Assembly (NCBI GenBank): GCA_964404745.1
Contig: CAYOLG010000006.1
Coordinates: forward strand, 4,532-68,531
Source: an uncultured Opitutaceae bacterium
GTDB taxonomy: Bacteria > Verrucomicrobiota > Verrucomicrobiia > Opitutales > Opitutaceae
DNA: 64,000 nucleotides
Reading direction: 5' to 3'
The notes below the pieces were generated by a model. That model was given only the letters and a program-made list of their open reading frames with translations. It made no database searches and was not told where the DNA came from. How positions within the stretch are numbered: the first letter of the stretch is position 1; each line of letters starts with the position of its first letter. Positions 29,604 through 39,584 of this stretch are shown in pieces. The translations under genes were made by a program, and so were the position numbers.

Positions 29604-30917
29604 ATGATTAACGACCCCCTAAATAGACGAAACTTCATTAAAACTACCGGAGCTGCCAGCGTGGCATCGCTTCTAGTCGGCGCTCAGAATCTCCACGCGG
29701 GTGGGGGCAATGATAAAGTAAAAATCGGCCTTATTGGCCTAGGCGGCCGTGGCTGCGGTGCCGGTATCATCGACTGCGCGGAGGCGGATTCCAACATCGA
29801 ACTAGTCGCTATGGGCGACCTTTTTCCTGATCACTTGGAACAGGCGAAAGAGCGCATTAAAGCCAACATGGCTCGCCGCAACCTGCCGTTCAAAGACATC
29901 TACAAAGTCACCCCAGACACCATGTTCTCGGGCTTCGACGCCTATAAGAAGGTCATCGCTTGCGATGTCGATCTGATCATTTTGACCACGCCCCCAGTTT
30001 TCCGGCCTCTACATTTCCGAGCCGCTGTTGAAGCCGGCAAACATGTCTTCATCGAAAAGCCAGTGGCCGTGGATCCTATCGGTGTGCGGCACATCATCGA
30101 GACATCGGAGATGGCGGAAAAGAAAGGACTGACCGTGGTAGCGGGTACGCAAATGCGTCGGGCTCGCCATATCATGGCTGGCATTGAGGAAATTCACAGT
30201 GGGGCCATGGGCGACCTGCTTTCAGGGCAATCAACTCGGATTGGAGGAGCTCTCTCGAACTGGCGTTCAACGGAGGCTATTCGCGACAGCAGCTGGTCTG
30301 ACATGGAATGGCAACTGCGGCGTTGGCTGTTCACTACCTGGGGCTCCGGCGATTTCATCGTCGAACAACACGTTCACAATCTCGACCTGGTTGATTGGGT
30401 AATGGGATCCCACCCCATCAAAGCGATTGGCACCGGTGGCCGCAGTAGCCGTACCGATTCCATCTACCCAAATGTTTGGGACCACATTTCCGTCGAATAC
30501 GAATATCCCAATGGAGCTCGGGTAACCCATATTGGCTCGCAAATGGATGGGGTCAGCTCGCGCAACGACATGCGCATCGACGGCACCAAAGGGCGATTAT
30601 TCCTCAGCTTCGCCAAGGTTACCATCGAAGGGAAAAAGCCTTTTTCCTACGAAGGTCCTCGCCCCAACCCCGCTGTAGTTGAGTATAAGGATACGCTCGA
30701 TGCCATCCGATCCGGCAATACCATCAACGAAGGCAAGCGCATCGCCCAAAGCACCATGACCGCTCTCCTCGGCAGGATGGCTGCCTACACTGGCCGGACA
30801 CTGAGCTGGGACTGGGCGATGAAAGCATCCAAGCTCGATCTGACTCCCAAGGAATGGAAATTCGGCGACCTAGCCATCGATCCGGTGGCCGTCCCAGGAC
30901 AGACGGATTTGGTGTAG
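29604..30917 (+). CDS. Tat-exported Gfo/Idh/MocA oxidoreductase
   Basis: NRRNFIK Tat motif, IGLGGRG, EKPVA, GTQMR, EQHVHNLD. Confidence 0.9.
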   Translation: MINDPLNRRNFIKTTGAASVASLLVGAQNLHAGGGNDKVKIGLIGLGGRGCGAGIIDCAEADSNIELVAMGDLFPDHLEQAKERIKANMARRNLPFKDIYKVTPDTMFSGFDAYKKVIACDVDLIILTTPPVFRPLHFRAAVEAGKHVFIEKPVAVDPIGVRHIIETSEMAEKKGLTVVAGTQMRRARHIMAGIEEIHSGAMGDLLSGQSTRIGGALSNWRSTEAIRDSSWSDMEWQLRRWLFTTWGSGDFIVEQHVHNLDLVDWVMGSHPIKAIGTGGRSSRTDSIYPNVWDHISVEYEYPNGARVTHIGSQMDGVSSRNDMRIDGTKGRLFLSFAKVTIEGKKPFSYEGPRPNPAVVEYKDTLDAIRSGNTINEGKRIAQSTMTALLGRMAAYTGRTLSWDWAMKASKLDLTPKEWKFGDLAIDPVAVPGQTDLV

Positions 30918-31059
30918 GAACGCGTCGCCGTTTCCGCGAAGCGTAGCGCAGACATCCGGACTGTTGCAAACACAGGCTCTAAGACCATGCTGCTCTAATA
31001 GCAATTAACGGCCTGCCAAATCGCGGGACGAGCGAATGAAAGTTACTGGTAGATGACAT

Positions 31060-31103
31060 GAAGTTGCCGAGCCCAGCGCGTCAGCAGCAAACTCGGCAAC
31101 TAC
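31060..31103 (-). repeat. GTAG-footed hairpin
   Basis: Inverted arms gttgccgag / ctcggcaac; reverse complement starts GTAG. Confidence 0.5.
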
Positions 31104-31121
31104 TTGTCATCTACCATTTTT

Positions 31122-31230
31122 AAAGCGAAGAAGAGGATTCAAAATCGGGCTTCATGAAGGTCCGCATTATCGAGCCTGCCGAGCAGGATCTCCTCGATGG
31201 ATATCTTTTCTACGAGAGCGAGGCCAATCC
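31122..31230 (+). pseudogene. Remnant of a type II toxin-antitoxin operon (antitoxin tail + RelE/ParE-type toxin head)
   Basis: KAKKRIQNRAS* overlaps (ATGA 31154-31157) with MKVRIIEPAEQDLLDGYLFYESE, which then loses homology. Confidence 0.6.
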
Positions 31231-31250
31231 ATGGCTATATCTTTCACATC

Positions 31251-31619
31251 ATGAAAATAAGCGTACAGAAACTGGACCACGTGGCCATTGACGTTGTGGA
31301 CGTCGAGAAGGCTAAAACATTCTACAGCGATCTGCTGGGCCTCAAAGAAATTCCACGCCCAGAGAGCTTTACCTTCCCAGGAGCCTGGTACGACTTAGGG
31401 AATATCGTTCTACACATTGTGGGTCCTCGGAAGCCTGCCCTCGGCAAGCACCACATTGCCTTCTGGGTGGATGACGTTCATAAGTGCGCGGAAGAAATTC
31501 TGAAAGCTGGATTCGACGTGAAATGGGATTCGTTTAAGATTCCAGGGGTGGATCGCTTTTTCACCTCGGACCCAGAAGGGAATCGTATCGAGATTCAAGG
31601 AACTGAACGTATTCAGTAA
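31251..31619 (+). CDS. VOC/glyoxalase family protein
   Basis: LDHVAI, GAWY, HHIAF and DPEGNRIE motifs. Confidence 0.9.
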   Translation: MKISVQKLDHVAIDVVDVEKAKTFYSDLLGLKEIPRPESFTFPGAWYDLGNIVLHIVGPRKPALGKHHIAFWVDDVHKCAEEILKAGFDVKWDSFKIPGVDRFFTSDPEGNRIEIQGTERIQ

Positions 31620-31737
31620 TCGGATAAGTAGGTATAGAGTTCACGAACCTCGAATTCATCCAAGCATATCAATTTCGATCGCTTGGTGAAGTCGTTTAGC
31701 TCATGAGCGTCAATTCAACTGATATTGCTCCCTTAAT

Positions 31738-31807
31738 CCCGCCCGGAGGTCGGGTTCCACCCTTGAATTCGATGCTAAAAGGTGGAGCCCGATCTCCGGG
31801 CGGGCTT
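31738..31807. repeat. REPIN family B
   Basis: cccgcccggaggtcgggttccacc, 19-nt spacer, then ggtggagcccgatctccgggcgggctt. Confidence 0.85.
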
Positions 31808-32050
31808 GGGTTTAGATACGCGCGCTCAGCGGGAGAACCGTCCTTATTGTGCCGCTCATCGGAACATCCCGGCGAAGCACAAGCGATGACAAGTATTGTC
31901 AGCGTCCCGCTGCGCGAGCCTAGGAATCTCTGCCTGCGACAGAGCCAATAGGATTCGCTTCGCGAATATAGGTTCGGAAGCGAAATCAGCATTCTTGGCT
32001 TTACGCATTATCTCAAAATGGTCCTGCTAGTTTCTCGTTCAATAAGCCGA

Positions 32051-32923
32051 ATGGCAAAATCCCTATTTGACAGTCAACTGAGAGCCTTTGCTTTTGCTAC
32101 CATATTCGTTTCTGTTTGCTTTCAACTAGCGGTAGCGGATACCTGGACGGTGGAGGTGCTCATTTACGATCTGGAGACGCCTGAAGGTCCAGTTTGGGAT
32201 GCTGAGAATGATCGACTCTTCTTTACGGAAATATTCGCTCACAAAGTTCACGAATACGACCCAGCCAATGGAGCATTCGGCGTCATCCGAAGCGACTCCG
32301 GTGGCGCCAATGGAATGGCCTTCGATGGCCAGAACAGGCTGCTCATGTGCGAGATGCTTGGACGTCGAGTGAGCCGGCTGGAAACGGACGGATCGATCAC
32401 TACTCTTTGGGAAGCGGAACAGCCCGGCAGAGGCGGACCCAATGACATCACGATCAGCTCTATCGGAAACGCCTATTTCACCATGCCACGGCACGGGACT
32501 ATTTACCGCATAACTCCTGACGACAAGGTCAGCCCGTTTATCGATAATCTTCCCGGAATCAACGGTGTCCTCCTTTCTAACGACGAACAAACGCTGTTCG
32601 TAACCGAGTATAGAGCCCGCAAAGTTCACGCCTTCCCTATTGATGACAAACGAGGCACCGTAGCTGAAGGAAAACCCTTCGCGGAGATCAAAACAGAAGG
32701 CGAGGAGCACGGAGCCGACGGTATGGCGATCGACTCTCATGATCAACTATACGTAGCCTGCCTCGGCGGTGTTTGGATATTTGATACGCGTGCAGGAACA
32801 CAAACAGGCATGATCTCGATGCCCGATGAGAAAGTGACCAATTGCACGTTCGCGGGAAGCGACAACACGCTGTACATCACGTCGCAGAAAGGGCTTTTTG
32901 TCGCCCGCCGCAGTTTGCGGTAA
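32051..32923 (+). CDS. SMP-30/gluconolactonase/LRE family protein, secreted
   Basis: PEGPVW, ANGM, GPND, NGV and ADGMAID blades; hydrophobic leader. Confidence 0.9.
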   Translation: MAKSLFDSQLRAFAFATIFVSVCFQLAVADTWTVEVLIYDLETPEGPVWDAENDRLFFTEIFAHKVHEYDPANGAFGVIRSDSGGANGMAFDGQNRLLMCEMLGRRVSRLETDGSITTLWEAEQPGRGGPNDITISSIGNAYFTMPRHGTIYRITPDDKVSPFIDNLPGINGVLLSNDEQTLFVTEYRARKVHAFPIDDKRGTVAEGKPFAEIKTEGEEHGADGMAIDSHDQLYVACLGGVWIFDTRAGTQTGMISMPDEKVTNCTFAGSDNTLYITSQKGLFVARRSLR

Positions 32924-33171
32924 GGTCCCCGATTTTTCTCTACAAACAATTAACCTGCGAATAGGCCTATGACTTAACCGCAATGGACGCTAAGAACGCT
33001 AAGCGAGGGAATTCAATCCCATCGCGATCTTGGCGTCCTTTGCGGTTTTGAAAAGAGCTAGGTCTGTAAAACAATAGGTTTCGGTTGGGGCCCATCCCAG
33101 CAATCTCATGAGCAAGCCCAGAACCGAATTTGCCTGACAAAGCTGGGCTTCGTCTGCCTTAACAGTGAGCA

Positions 33172-34431
33172 ATGCCCTCTCCTACCCAATCCAGCAAACT
33201 ATCAAAGCTTTTCTCGCTAATTGGTCCGGGGATTCTAGTAGCGGCCACGGGCGTGGGCGCTGGGGATCTTGCCACTGCTGGCTTTGCGGGAAGCCAGCTG
33301 GGAGTGGCCGTTCTCTGGGCAATTCTGGTGGGAGCATTCTTCAAGTTCGTCTTAACCGAGGGACTGATGCGCTGGCAGCTAGCGACCGGCAAGACGCTAC
33401 TCGAGGGAGTCGCTCGCTACCTGGGACCCATTCCTGGCTGGTTGTTTCTAGCCTACTTCATCCTATGGTCCTATTTTGTCGGCACCGCCCTCATTTCGGC
33501 CAATGGCGTGGCCCTTCTAGCCTTGGTTCCGATTTTCGACGATCCGACTACCGGCAAAATCGCGTTTGGGGTTGGGGCCAGTTTTCTCGGGCTTATTCTC
33601 GCCCGCAAAGGCGGATTTAAACTCTTTGAGAAAGTAATGGGCGTATGCATACTGATGATGTTCATTACCGTTTCCATCTCTGCTATAATTGTCGCCCCTC
33701 CCTTTATCGAGATCGCCAAGGGACTGGCTATACCCACGATTCCCAAGCCCGATGAAGGCGGCATCGGATGGACCCTCGCCTTGATGGGAGGGGTCGGCGG
33801 AACCGTGACGGTTCTATGCTATGGCTATTGGATCGCCGAGGAAGGAAGGAGAGGTCCTGAGCATCTAGCATTCTGCCGGATCGATCTCGGTATTGGTTAT
33901 CTGGTTACGGCTATTTTTGGGATCGCCATGACCGTAATTGGCTCAACAGTGATAGTCAGTGGCAGCGGGGCGGGTCTGATCGTGAATACCTCCGACGCCT
34001 TGGCTGAATCGGTTGGGGCCATAGCTCGCTGGACCTTTCTAGTTGGAGCTCTGGGGGCGGTTTTCAGTAGCCTGTTAGGGGTATGGCAATCCACGCCCTA
34101 TCTTTTTGCCGATCTATGGCGTCTATTTGTTCAGAAGGCCAACATTGAGGCGAATTCACCTGCCAATACAAACTCTAAACCTTATCGGTTATTTCAATAC
34201 GCGTTAGCTTTTATCCCCATGCTAGGGCTATTGGTGGAGTTTAAAGAGGTGCAGAAAATCTATGGAATCGCAGGGGCTCTGTTCTTGCCCATGCTTACCG
34301 TTGCCTTGCTGATCCTCAATGGCCGTAAGCAATGGGCGGGTAAATTAAAGAACCAACCCTTAACGATCGCGACTCTAGTATCGATTCTGGCATTCTTCAG
34401 TTGGATGGCCTGGCGGAGCGGGTTCGGTTGA
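33172..34431 (+). CDS. NRAMP-family (YcsG-like) transporter
   Basis: GPGILVAATGVGAGD N-terminal motif; about 11 TM helices. Confidence 0.8.
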   Translation: MPSPTQSSKLSKLFSLIGPGILVAATGVGAGDLATAGFAGSQLGVAVLWAILVGAFFKFVLTEGLMRWQLATGKTLLEGVARYLGPIPGWLFLAYFILWSYFVGTALISANGVALLALVPIFDDPTTGKIAFGVGASFLGLILARKGGFKLFEKVMGVCILMMFITVSISAIIVAPPFIEIAKGLAIPTIPKPDEGGIGWTLALMGGVGGTVTVLCYGYWIAEEGRRGPEHLAFCRIDLGIGYLVTAIFGIAMTVIGSTVIVSGSGAGLIVNTSDALAESVGAIARWTFLVGALGAVFSSLLGVWQSTPYLFADLWRLFVQKANIEANSPANTNSKPYRLFQYALAFIPMLGLLVEFKEVQKIYGIAGALFLPMLTVALLILNGRKQWAGKLKNQPLTIATLVSILAFFSWMAWRSGFG

Positions 34432-34450
34432 TTCCGACAATCCGCGTAGC

Positions 34451-34591
34451 GTAGGAGCGAGTCTTTCCCGCGATTTACGCGGCTGATCGCGGCCTGAGGA
34501 CGGTGCTACGCCAATGAGGACTGAGACAGTCCTCCCTACCTGACTCTTGAATCGCCTAGTCGATGGTAGGGCCGGTTGTCCCAACCGGCCG
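34451..34591. repeat. BIME-like cluster of three REP types between convergent genes
   Basis: gtaggagcg...gtgctac (34451-34509), family A arm (34516-34540), ggtagggccggttgtcccaaccggccg (34565-34591). Confidence 0.7.
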
Positions 34592-34624
34592 AAACCGTTT
34601 CCACAACCCAGCCCACCGCGGCTG

Positions 34625-36109
34625 CTACTTTTGATCCCAGAGCTTGAAGGGGTCGTTCAGGCGTTTCATTTCAGCCTGCAAGGCCTCCTCAAGTTCTCGT
34701 CGCTTTTTGGCATAGCGTGGATCTTCGGCAAGGTCGGTTTCCCATCGGTTTTTCCGATTGTGTTCGGCGATATACTCGCGCGGGTTTTTGGCTAAATTGA
34801 AGAGCTGGGTCTCACGTACGGTTCCATCCAAGACGTCGAACTTAACTAGCTTCCAATCGCCAATACGGATACTCCGCATGCCCGGCTTGGAACCGCCGCA
34901 ATAAACGCCATACAGCGTATCTCTTAACGGTTTGCGGCTTCCTTTGAGAATGGGCAAAAAGCTTTTGCCCTCAACAGTGCGAGGTATATCGATTCCGGCC
35001 ATTTCGCACAATGTAGGAAGCGTATCCATCAGGTAAATATTTCCTTGAGTTCGATAGCCTTTTTTGACGCCCGGCCCCATGACTATATAGGGCACTCTCC
35101 AGGTATGCTCATATAGATTTTGCTTCCCCTGTAACCCATGGCGCCCGATAGCCATGCCGTGATCGGCTGTATAAATAACATAAGTATTGTCTAGTTCGTC
35201 CATGGCTTCCAACTTTTCCAGGACTCGGCCGATCTGAATATCGATATTTTCGCTACAGGCGAATTGGCGGCCGATCTCATTGCGTATCGTCCTTTCGTCT
35301 CGGCGCTCCCAGACACCACTAACCGCTACCTCGTCCCGCAAATTATTATGCCCATGATGAAAAGGATGTTCCGGCAAGTAATTTGGGGGAAGCTCGGGCT
35401 GGTTCGGATGGACTGGCGGCAGCGAATCCTTATCCGCGTGATTCGTCGCTCCGTACTTGGCTAGCAACTCGGGAGTTCCGTCGCGTACATCGTGAGGATG
35501 GGAAAATCCGAAATAGATCAAGAAGGGATCCTTATCGTTACGACGGTCGCGATCCTCCAGAAAATCCACGACCCGATCGCCATGCCATTCGCTCCCCGTT
35601 TCCGCTGTGCCGCCCCGCTTCGTGGCGTCATGGCGAACGGTGAATAGCTCGTTGGCCGCTTCATAGCTATTGCCTCGCTTACACGTGCGCATGGTGTCGT
35701 ATCCTGCCCTGTTGAATACGGCCGGCATGGTATATTTTGCCAAATCGGGAGGCACCAACTGCGAATTGGTTACGTGAGGGTTCACCGTACGGCCCGGTTT
35801 ATCAGGAATATGCCAAACCGTACGGCCGCTCATGATCATATGTCTCGATGGGGTGCATACGCCGCCTACCCAGGCGCCCATGTGATAGGCTCCGTCTATA
35901 ATCATGCCTTCCCGAGCCAAGCGGTCGATATGCGGCGTTTCCAGATCCGAGTCCGGATTATAAGCCTTCAGGTCGAACGGCGATTGGTCATCGGCTAGGA
36001 TGAAGAGAATGTTCGGTTTCGACTTGCTCACCACAGGCGGTAGAACGTCTGCGCCGCAGGGAAGCAACAAGCAAAGGGCCAAGATGCAAATGACTCGATT
36101 TGTATTCAT
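34625..36109 (-). CDS. Sulfatase (S1, Cys-type)
   Basis: PNILFILADD, VCTPSR, TADHG, GKQNLYE; start MNTNRV at 36109. Confidence 0.92.
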   Translation of the reverse strand: MNTNRVICILALCLLLPCGADVLPPVVSKSKPNILFILADDQSPFDLKAYNPDSDLETPHIDRLAREGMIIDGAYHMGAWVGGVCTPSRHMIMSGRTVWHIPDKPGRTVNPHVTNSQLVPPDLAKYTMPAVFNRAGYDTMRTCKRGNSYEAANELFTVRHDATKRGGTAETGSEWHGDRVVDFLEDRDRRNDKDPFLIYFGFSHPHDVRDGTPELLAKYGATNHADKDSLPPVHPNQPELPPNYLPEHPFHHGHNNLRDEVAVSGVWERRDERTIRNEIGRQFACSENIDIQIGRVLEKLEAMDELDNTYVIYTADHGMAIGRHGLQGKQNLYEHTWRVPYIVMGPGVKKGYRTQGNIYLMDTLPTLCEMAGIDIPRTVEGKSFLPILKGSRKPLRDTLYGVYCGGSKPGMRSIRIGDWKLVKFDVLDGTVRETQLFNLAKNPREYIAEHNRKNRWETDLAEDPRYAKKRRELEEALQAEMKRLNDPFKLWDQK

Positions 36110-36128
36110 ATTAATAATTCGCGCGATT

Positions 36129-36992
36129 CTATTTATCCGCCCGCTTGATCTTCCAGGTGGAGACTTTCTGGTCAGCCGAAGGAACGGGCATATCCAGCGA
36201 CCAAAATACGCTATTAAGAAGCATTCGCGTGAAGGCCTCTTCTCCGAAATCCGTTGGATCGCCAAATGACGTACCGAATACTTTGCCTCCCCATTCATTT
36301 TCCCAGGCCCAGGCAACGATATCCGCTTCGCTCGTATTTACCTGTACAGGCCCGATATCCCGTTCCAGCAACCGCATGCGTCCTTCACCTGTTCCGATCA
36401 CCAGAGGGATACAGCCCGGCTCTAAGCGGGTTAAGTAGAGCGAGCCTTGGGATATCCAATTCGACTTGGCAACGTTGGCTAAAATCGGATGCTGGCGACG
36501 CTTTTCAATAACGGATATTTCTGTCGCGCCCTGCTGGTGAACAACGTAGGGAGTCCCCATGGCTCGGCGTCCGAAACCGTCATTCCACTCAAATCGCGGA
36601 TGTTCTTTTCCATACCTAAACGAGTGAGTCGCTGTTCTCAGCCCGATCACTGGTTTCCCAGCTTTCAGATAGCGTTCTATTGGAGCCCACTCCTCATCTG
36701 GTAGCTTTAAGAAGCGCATGAGGAAGATCGCCGTATCCGCATCGTCGAGCGCTTCGATTCCCGGCAACACGTTGGTTGTTTGCTTCTCCGGGTCCCCCCG
36801 GCCAATAACGACTGTTGTACCGAATCCAAAACGTTCTAGCTCCTCGGCAAATGCCGGAAGCGTCAACTCGGGCGAATAATGCAAGGTGCCTGCAACCAGG
36901 ACAACATGCGGTTTAGCCTGAGCGAATGGGACAATAGCAAAGAGGCAAACGATAGCCAGAAACCGGGATCTCAGGAGGGGTGTTGAGGGCAT
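36129..36992 (-). CDS. ThuA-like domain protein, secreted
   Basis: GKPVIGLRTATHSF, VAW, VFGTSFG; signal peptide; 20 bp upstream of the sulfatase. Confidence 0.8.
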   Translation of the reverse strand: MPSTPLLRSRFLAIVCLFAIVPFAQAKPHVVLVAGTLHYSPELTLPAFAEELERFGFGTTVVIGRGDPEKQTTNVLPGIEALDDADTAIFLMRFLKLPDEEWAPIERYLKAGKPVIGLRTATHSFRYGKEHPRFEWNDGFGRRAMGTPYVVHQQGATEISVIEKRRQHPILANVAKSNWISQGSLYLTRLEPGCIPLVIGTGEGRMRLLERDIGPVQVNTSEADIVAWAWENEWGGKVFGTSFGDPTDFGEEAFTRMLLNSVFWSLDMPVPSADQKVSTWKIKRADK

Positions 36993-37111
36993 AGGCCGTA
37001 TAGCCAAGCAGGTGCATCGAGAAAGACAACTTATTGTTTCGCATCTCTAGATCGATCCGCCCAATTGACGGCCAAGCCGCCATCCATTCGCTGACACCTA
37101 ACATCCAATTT

Positions 37112-37168
37112 GCGGTCGCTCGGCTTGCGCCGCTGTAGCCGCGCAGAGGCGTGAGATCGACCGCTACC
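37112..37168 (-). repeat. REP family B (GTAG variant) with 30-nt insert
   Basis: Minus strand: ggtagcggtcgatct|cacgcctctgcgcggctacagcggcgcaag|ccgagcgacc. Confidence 0.75.
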
Positions 37169-37235
37169 ATTTGCTTTGCAAAAGGACCTTCGTGGTGTTC
37201 ATTTAAACAACGCAAATCCCGCAATGGTAATCCCA

Positions 37236-39338
37236 ATGAAGACTTTCTCAGCTTTTCTTTCCCTTTTCTGTTGTGCCTGTTCCCTTGGGATCGAAATAGA
37301 TCGATCGGGATTTGAATCCGGGGGAACCTTCGCTTTCGGTGAAACCGAAAATGGTTTTCGCCTGCAATGGGCGACGAAGCGAGAAACGGCTCACATTGAA
37401 TTCCAGTTTATACCCCGACGGGGAAACAATCCAGCCGGGCCGCTTATTCGGGAAGTTGGAATAGATGGGAAACCCATTATGACCGATCTCGATCCGAATT
37501 ACCTATTTTGGATCGGCGAGCGCGATCTGGAAAAACGATCTGGCTGGTCCATTTTTTTCGATCGCGTGCCTACTCGGCCCTATTCCGTCGAAAAAGGCTA
37601 TCTAACGCCAACCACCGCACACATCGAATCTAAAGGTAATCGGACCACCATCGAGATCGATGGATTAAAGAGCGTCCATTTTTCCGGCTCGTTAGCTTTC
37701 ACATTCTACGAAGGCAGTCCGTTTTTCAATATGGAAGCCCGCGTGTCCACCGAACGGGAAGCAACTGCCTTCCTCTACCACGTCGGCCTGGCCAAATTGG
37801 ATACCGACGGCCTTCAGCTACATTGGGTCAATCCCCTAGGCCGGCCACAGACTTCAGAAATCGTCAAAGAAACTGCCAAGGTATATGAAACCCGATACCG
37901 CTCGCTGGCCCTATCCTCTTCAGCCGGATCCATCGCCATCTCGCCCTTTCCCCATCAATATTTGTATCCCCTCGATTTTGCGGAAAACTATGGCTACAAT
38001 TGGGCCGGTCACGAATATCTGGATATGATCGACGGCTTCGCCTTCGGCATTCGCCAGCCCAGCATTGGTGATCGTCGCTACGTGCCCTGGGTCAACGCGC
38101 CCCCTGGATCCCTGCAAAAACTGGGAGGGCTGATATTCATTTCCAAAGGCCACGGTCATGGAAATTTGGCTACTGTTACTCGCTATACGCGAGGTGACCG
38201 ATTTAAAAAATTGCCCGGCTACAAGACCTTCACCAGCCACTACCATATAGAGCATTCACTGGACTACATCGAGAAGCAGCAAGAACAGGGTAATGATGGA
38301 ATTCCTAGAGGACTGCAGCGCCCTGAATTCGTCGACGTATTCAAAAAAATGGGCGTGGATATCGTCCACCTAGCCGAATTCCATAAAGGCGTTACACCGC
38401 AACTGGAAACCGAGGAGCGTTTGACCCAGCTCAAGGTTATGCACGAGGAGTGCGAGCGGCTTTCCGATCGCGGCTTCCTCCTCCTTCCCGGAGAGGAGCC
38501 AAACGTGCATCTGGGCGGCCATTGGATCAGCTTCTTTCCCAAGCCCGTCAATTGGGTCCTCAACCGAAACGAGGGCCAGCCATTCGTTCAAGAGCTTGAT
38601 GGCTTTGGCACCGTCTATCACGTCGGCAGCCCAGAAGATATCTACGAGTTGTTGAAACGGGAGAACGGACTCGCTTGGACCGCCCACGCGCGGATCAAAG
38701 GCTCCACCCGATTTCCCGATGCCTACAAAAATACCGATTGGTTCCAAAGCGAGCAATTCTTGGGAGCCGCCTGGAAAGCTATGCCCGCCGACTATTCTCG
38801 CGATTCACTTGGCTGGCGCGTAATCGATCTGCAAGACGATATGGCCAATTGGGGCCACGAGAAATACACGATCGGCGAGGTCGATATCTTCAAGATCTTC
38901 AAAGGGTACGAGCTGTTCGGAACCATGAACATCAACTATCTGAAGCTCGATTCGGTACCCGAATATAAAGATGGCTGGCAACCGATACTGGATGTCCTGA
39001 GCCAGGGAAAATTCTTTGTTACGACTGGCGAAATTCTCATCACTGATTTCTCGATCGGCGGCAAGGAGAGCGGCGATAGCTTATCTAAGAGACAAGCGAG
39101 CGGCGTCGCTAAACTTAAGGCTTCCCTCGAATGGACCTACCCGCTCGATCGGCTAGAAGTTGTATCAGGCGACGGAAAACGCGTCTATCGAGAGCGTGTT
39201 AGCCTGATTGATACAAAGGAATTCGGCAAGCGCGACCTAGCTCTGGACGTCGACTTGTCCGAACGAAAATGGGCTCGTATCGAAGTTTGGGATATAGCCA
39301 AGAATGGGGCTTTTACTCAGCCTGTGTGGATCGAGTAG
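37236..39338 (+). CDS. Large secreted hypothetical protein with probable PHP-like metallohydrolase C-terminal domain
   Basis: Signal peptide; HYHIEH, EFH, GEEPNVHLGGHW and AHARIKG resemble PHP/CehA-McbA metal ligands. Confidence 0.5.
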   Translation: MKTFSAFLSLFCCACSLGIEIDRSGFESGGTFAFGETENGFRLQWATKRETAHIEFQFIPRRGNNPAGPLIREVGIDGKPIMTDLDPNYLFWIGERDLEKRSGWSIFFDRVPTRPYSVEKGYLTPTTAHIESKGNRTTIEIDGLKSVHFSGSLAFTFYEGSPFFNMEARVSTEREATAFLYHVGLAKLDTDGLQLHWVNPLGRPQTSEIVKETAKVYETRYRSLALSSSAGSIAISPFPHQYLYPLDFAENYGYNWAGHEYLDMIDGFAFGIRQPSIGDRRYVPWVNAPPGSLQKLGGLIFISKGHGHGNLATVTRYTRGDRFKKLPGYKTFTSHYHIEHSLDYIEKQQEQGNDGIPRGLQRPEFVDVFKKMGVDIVHLAEFHKGVTPQLETEERLTQLKVMHEECERLSDRGFLLLPGEEPNVHLGGHWISFFPKPVNWVLNRNEGQPFVQELDGFGTVYHVGSPEDIYELLKRENGLAWTAHARIKGSTRFPDAYKNTDWFQSEQFLGAAWKAMPADYSRDSLGWRVIDLQDDMANWGHEKYTIGEVDIFKIFKGYELFGTMNINYLKLDSVPEYKDGWQPILDVLSQGKFFVTTGEILITDFSIGGKESGDSLSKRQASGVAKLKASLEWTYPLDRLEVVSGDGKRVYRERVSLIDTKEFGKRDLALDVDLSERKWARIEVWDIAKNGAFTQPVWIE

Positions 39339-39411
39339 AGGAATTTCTGATAACTTAATGGGTCAGATGAACTACGCTTCCTGTGTTGGCATTAACCAAA
39401 TCCGAAAGCGT

Positions 39412-39440
39412 TTGCAGGAACGGGTTTACCCCGCTATAAT
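39412..39440 (+). promoter_or_regulatory. Near-consensus sigma70 promoter with no sense gene downstream
   Basis: TTGCAG (39412-39417), 17 nt, TATAAT (39435-39440). Confidence 0.45.
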
Positions 39441-39507
39441 GACGATGTAGACTGATCCGCAAGCGGGCGACAAAGATCCCCGCAGCAAACCACAGAGCAT
39501 TCTAAAA

Positions 39508-39572
39508 GGTAGGGAGGATCGGCTCGATCCTCCGATTTACTCAGATGAAGGACCAAGCCGGTCCTCCCTACC
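39508..39572. repeat. REPIN family A (65 bp)
   Basis: ggtagggaggatcggctcgatcctcc + gatttactcagat + inverted arm ending ccctacc. Confidence 0.9.
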
Positions 39573-39584
39573 TGATTAGGAGGA

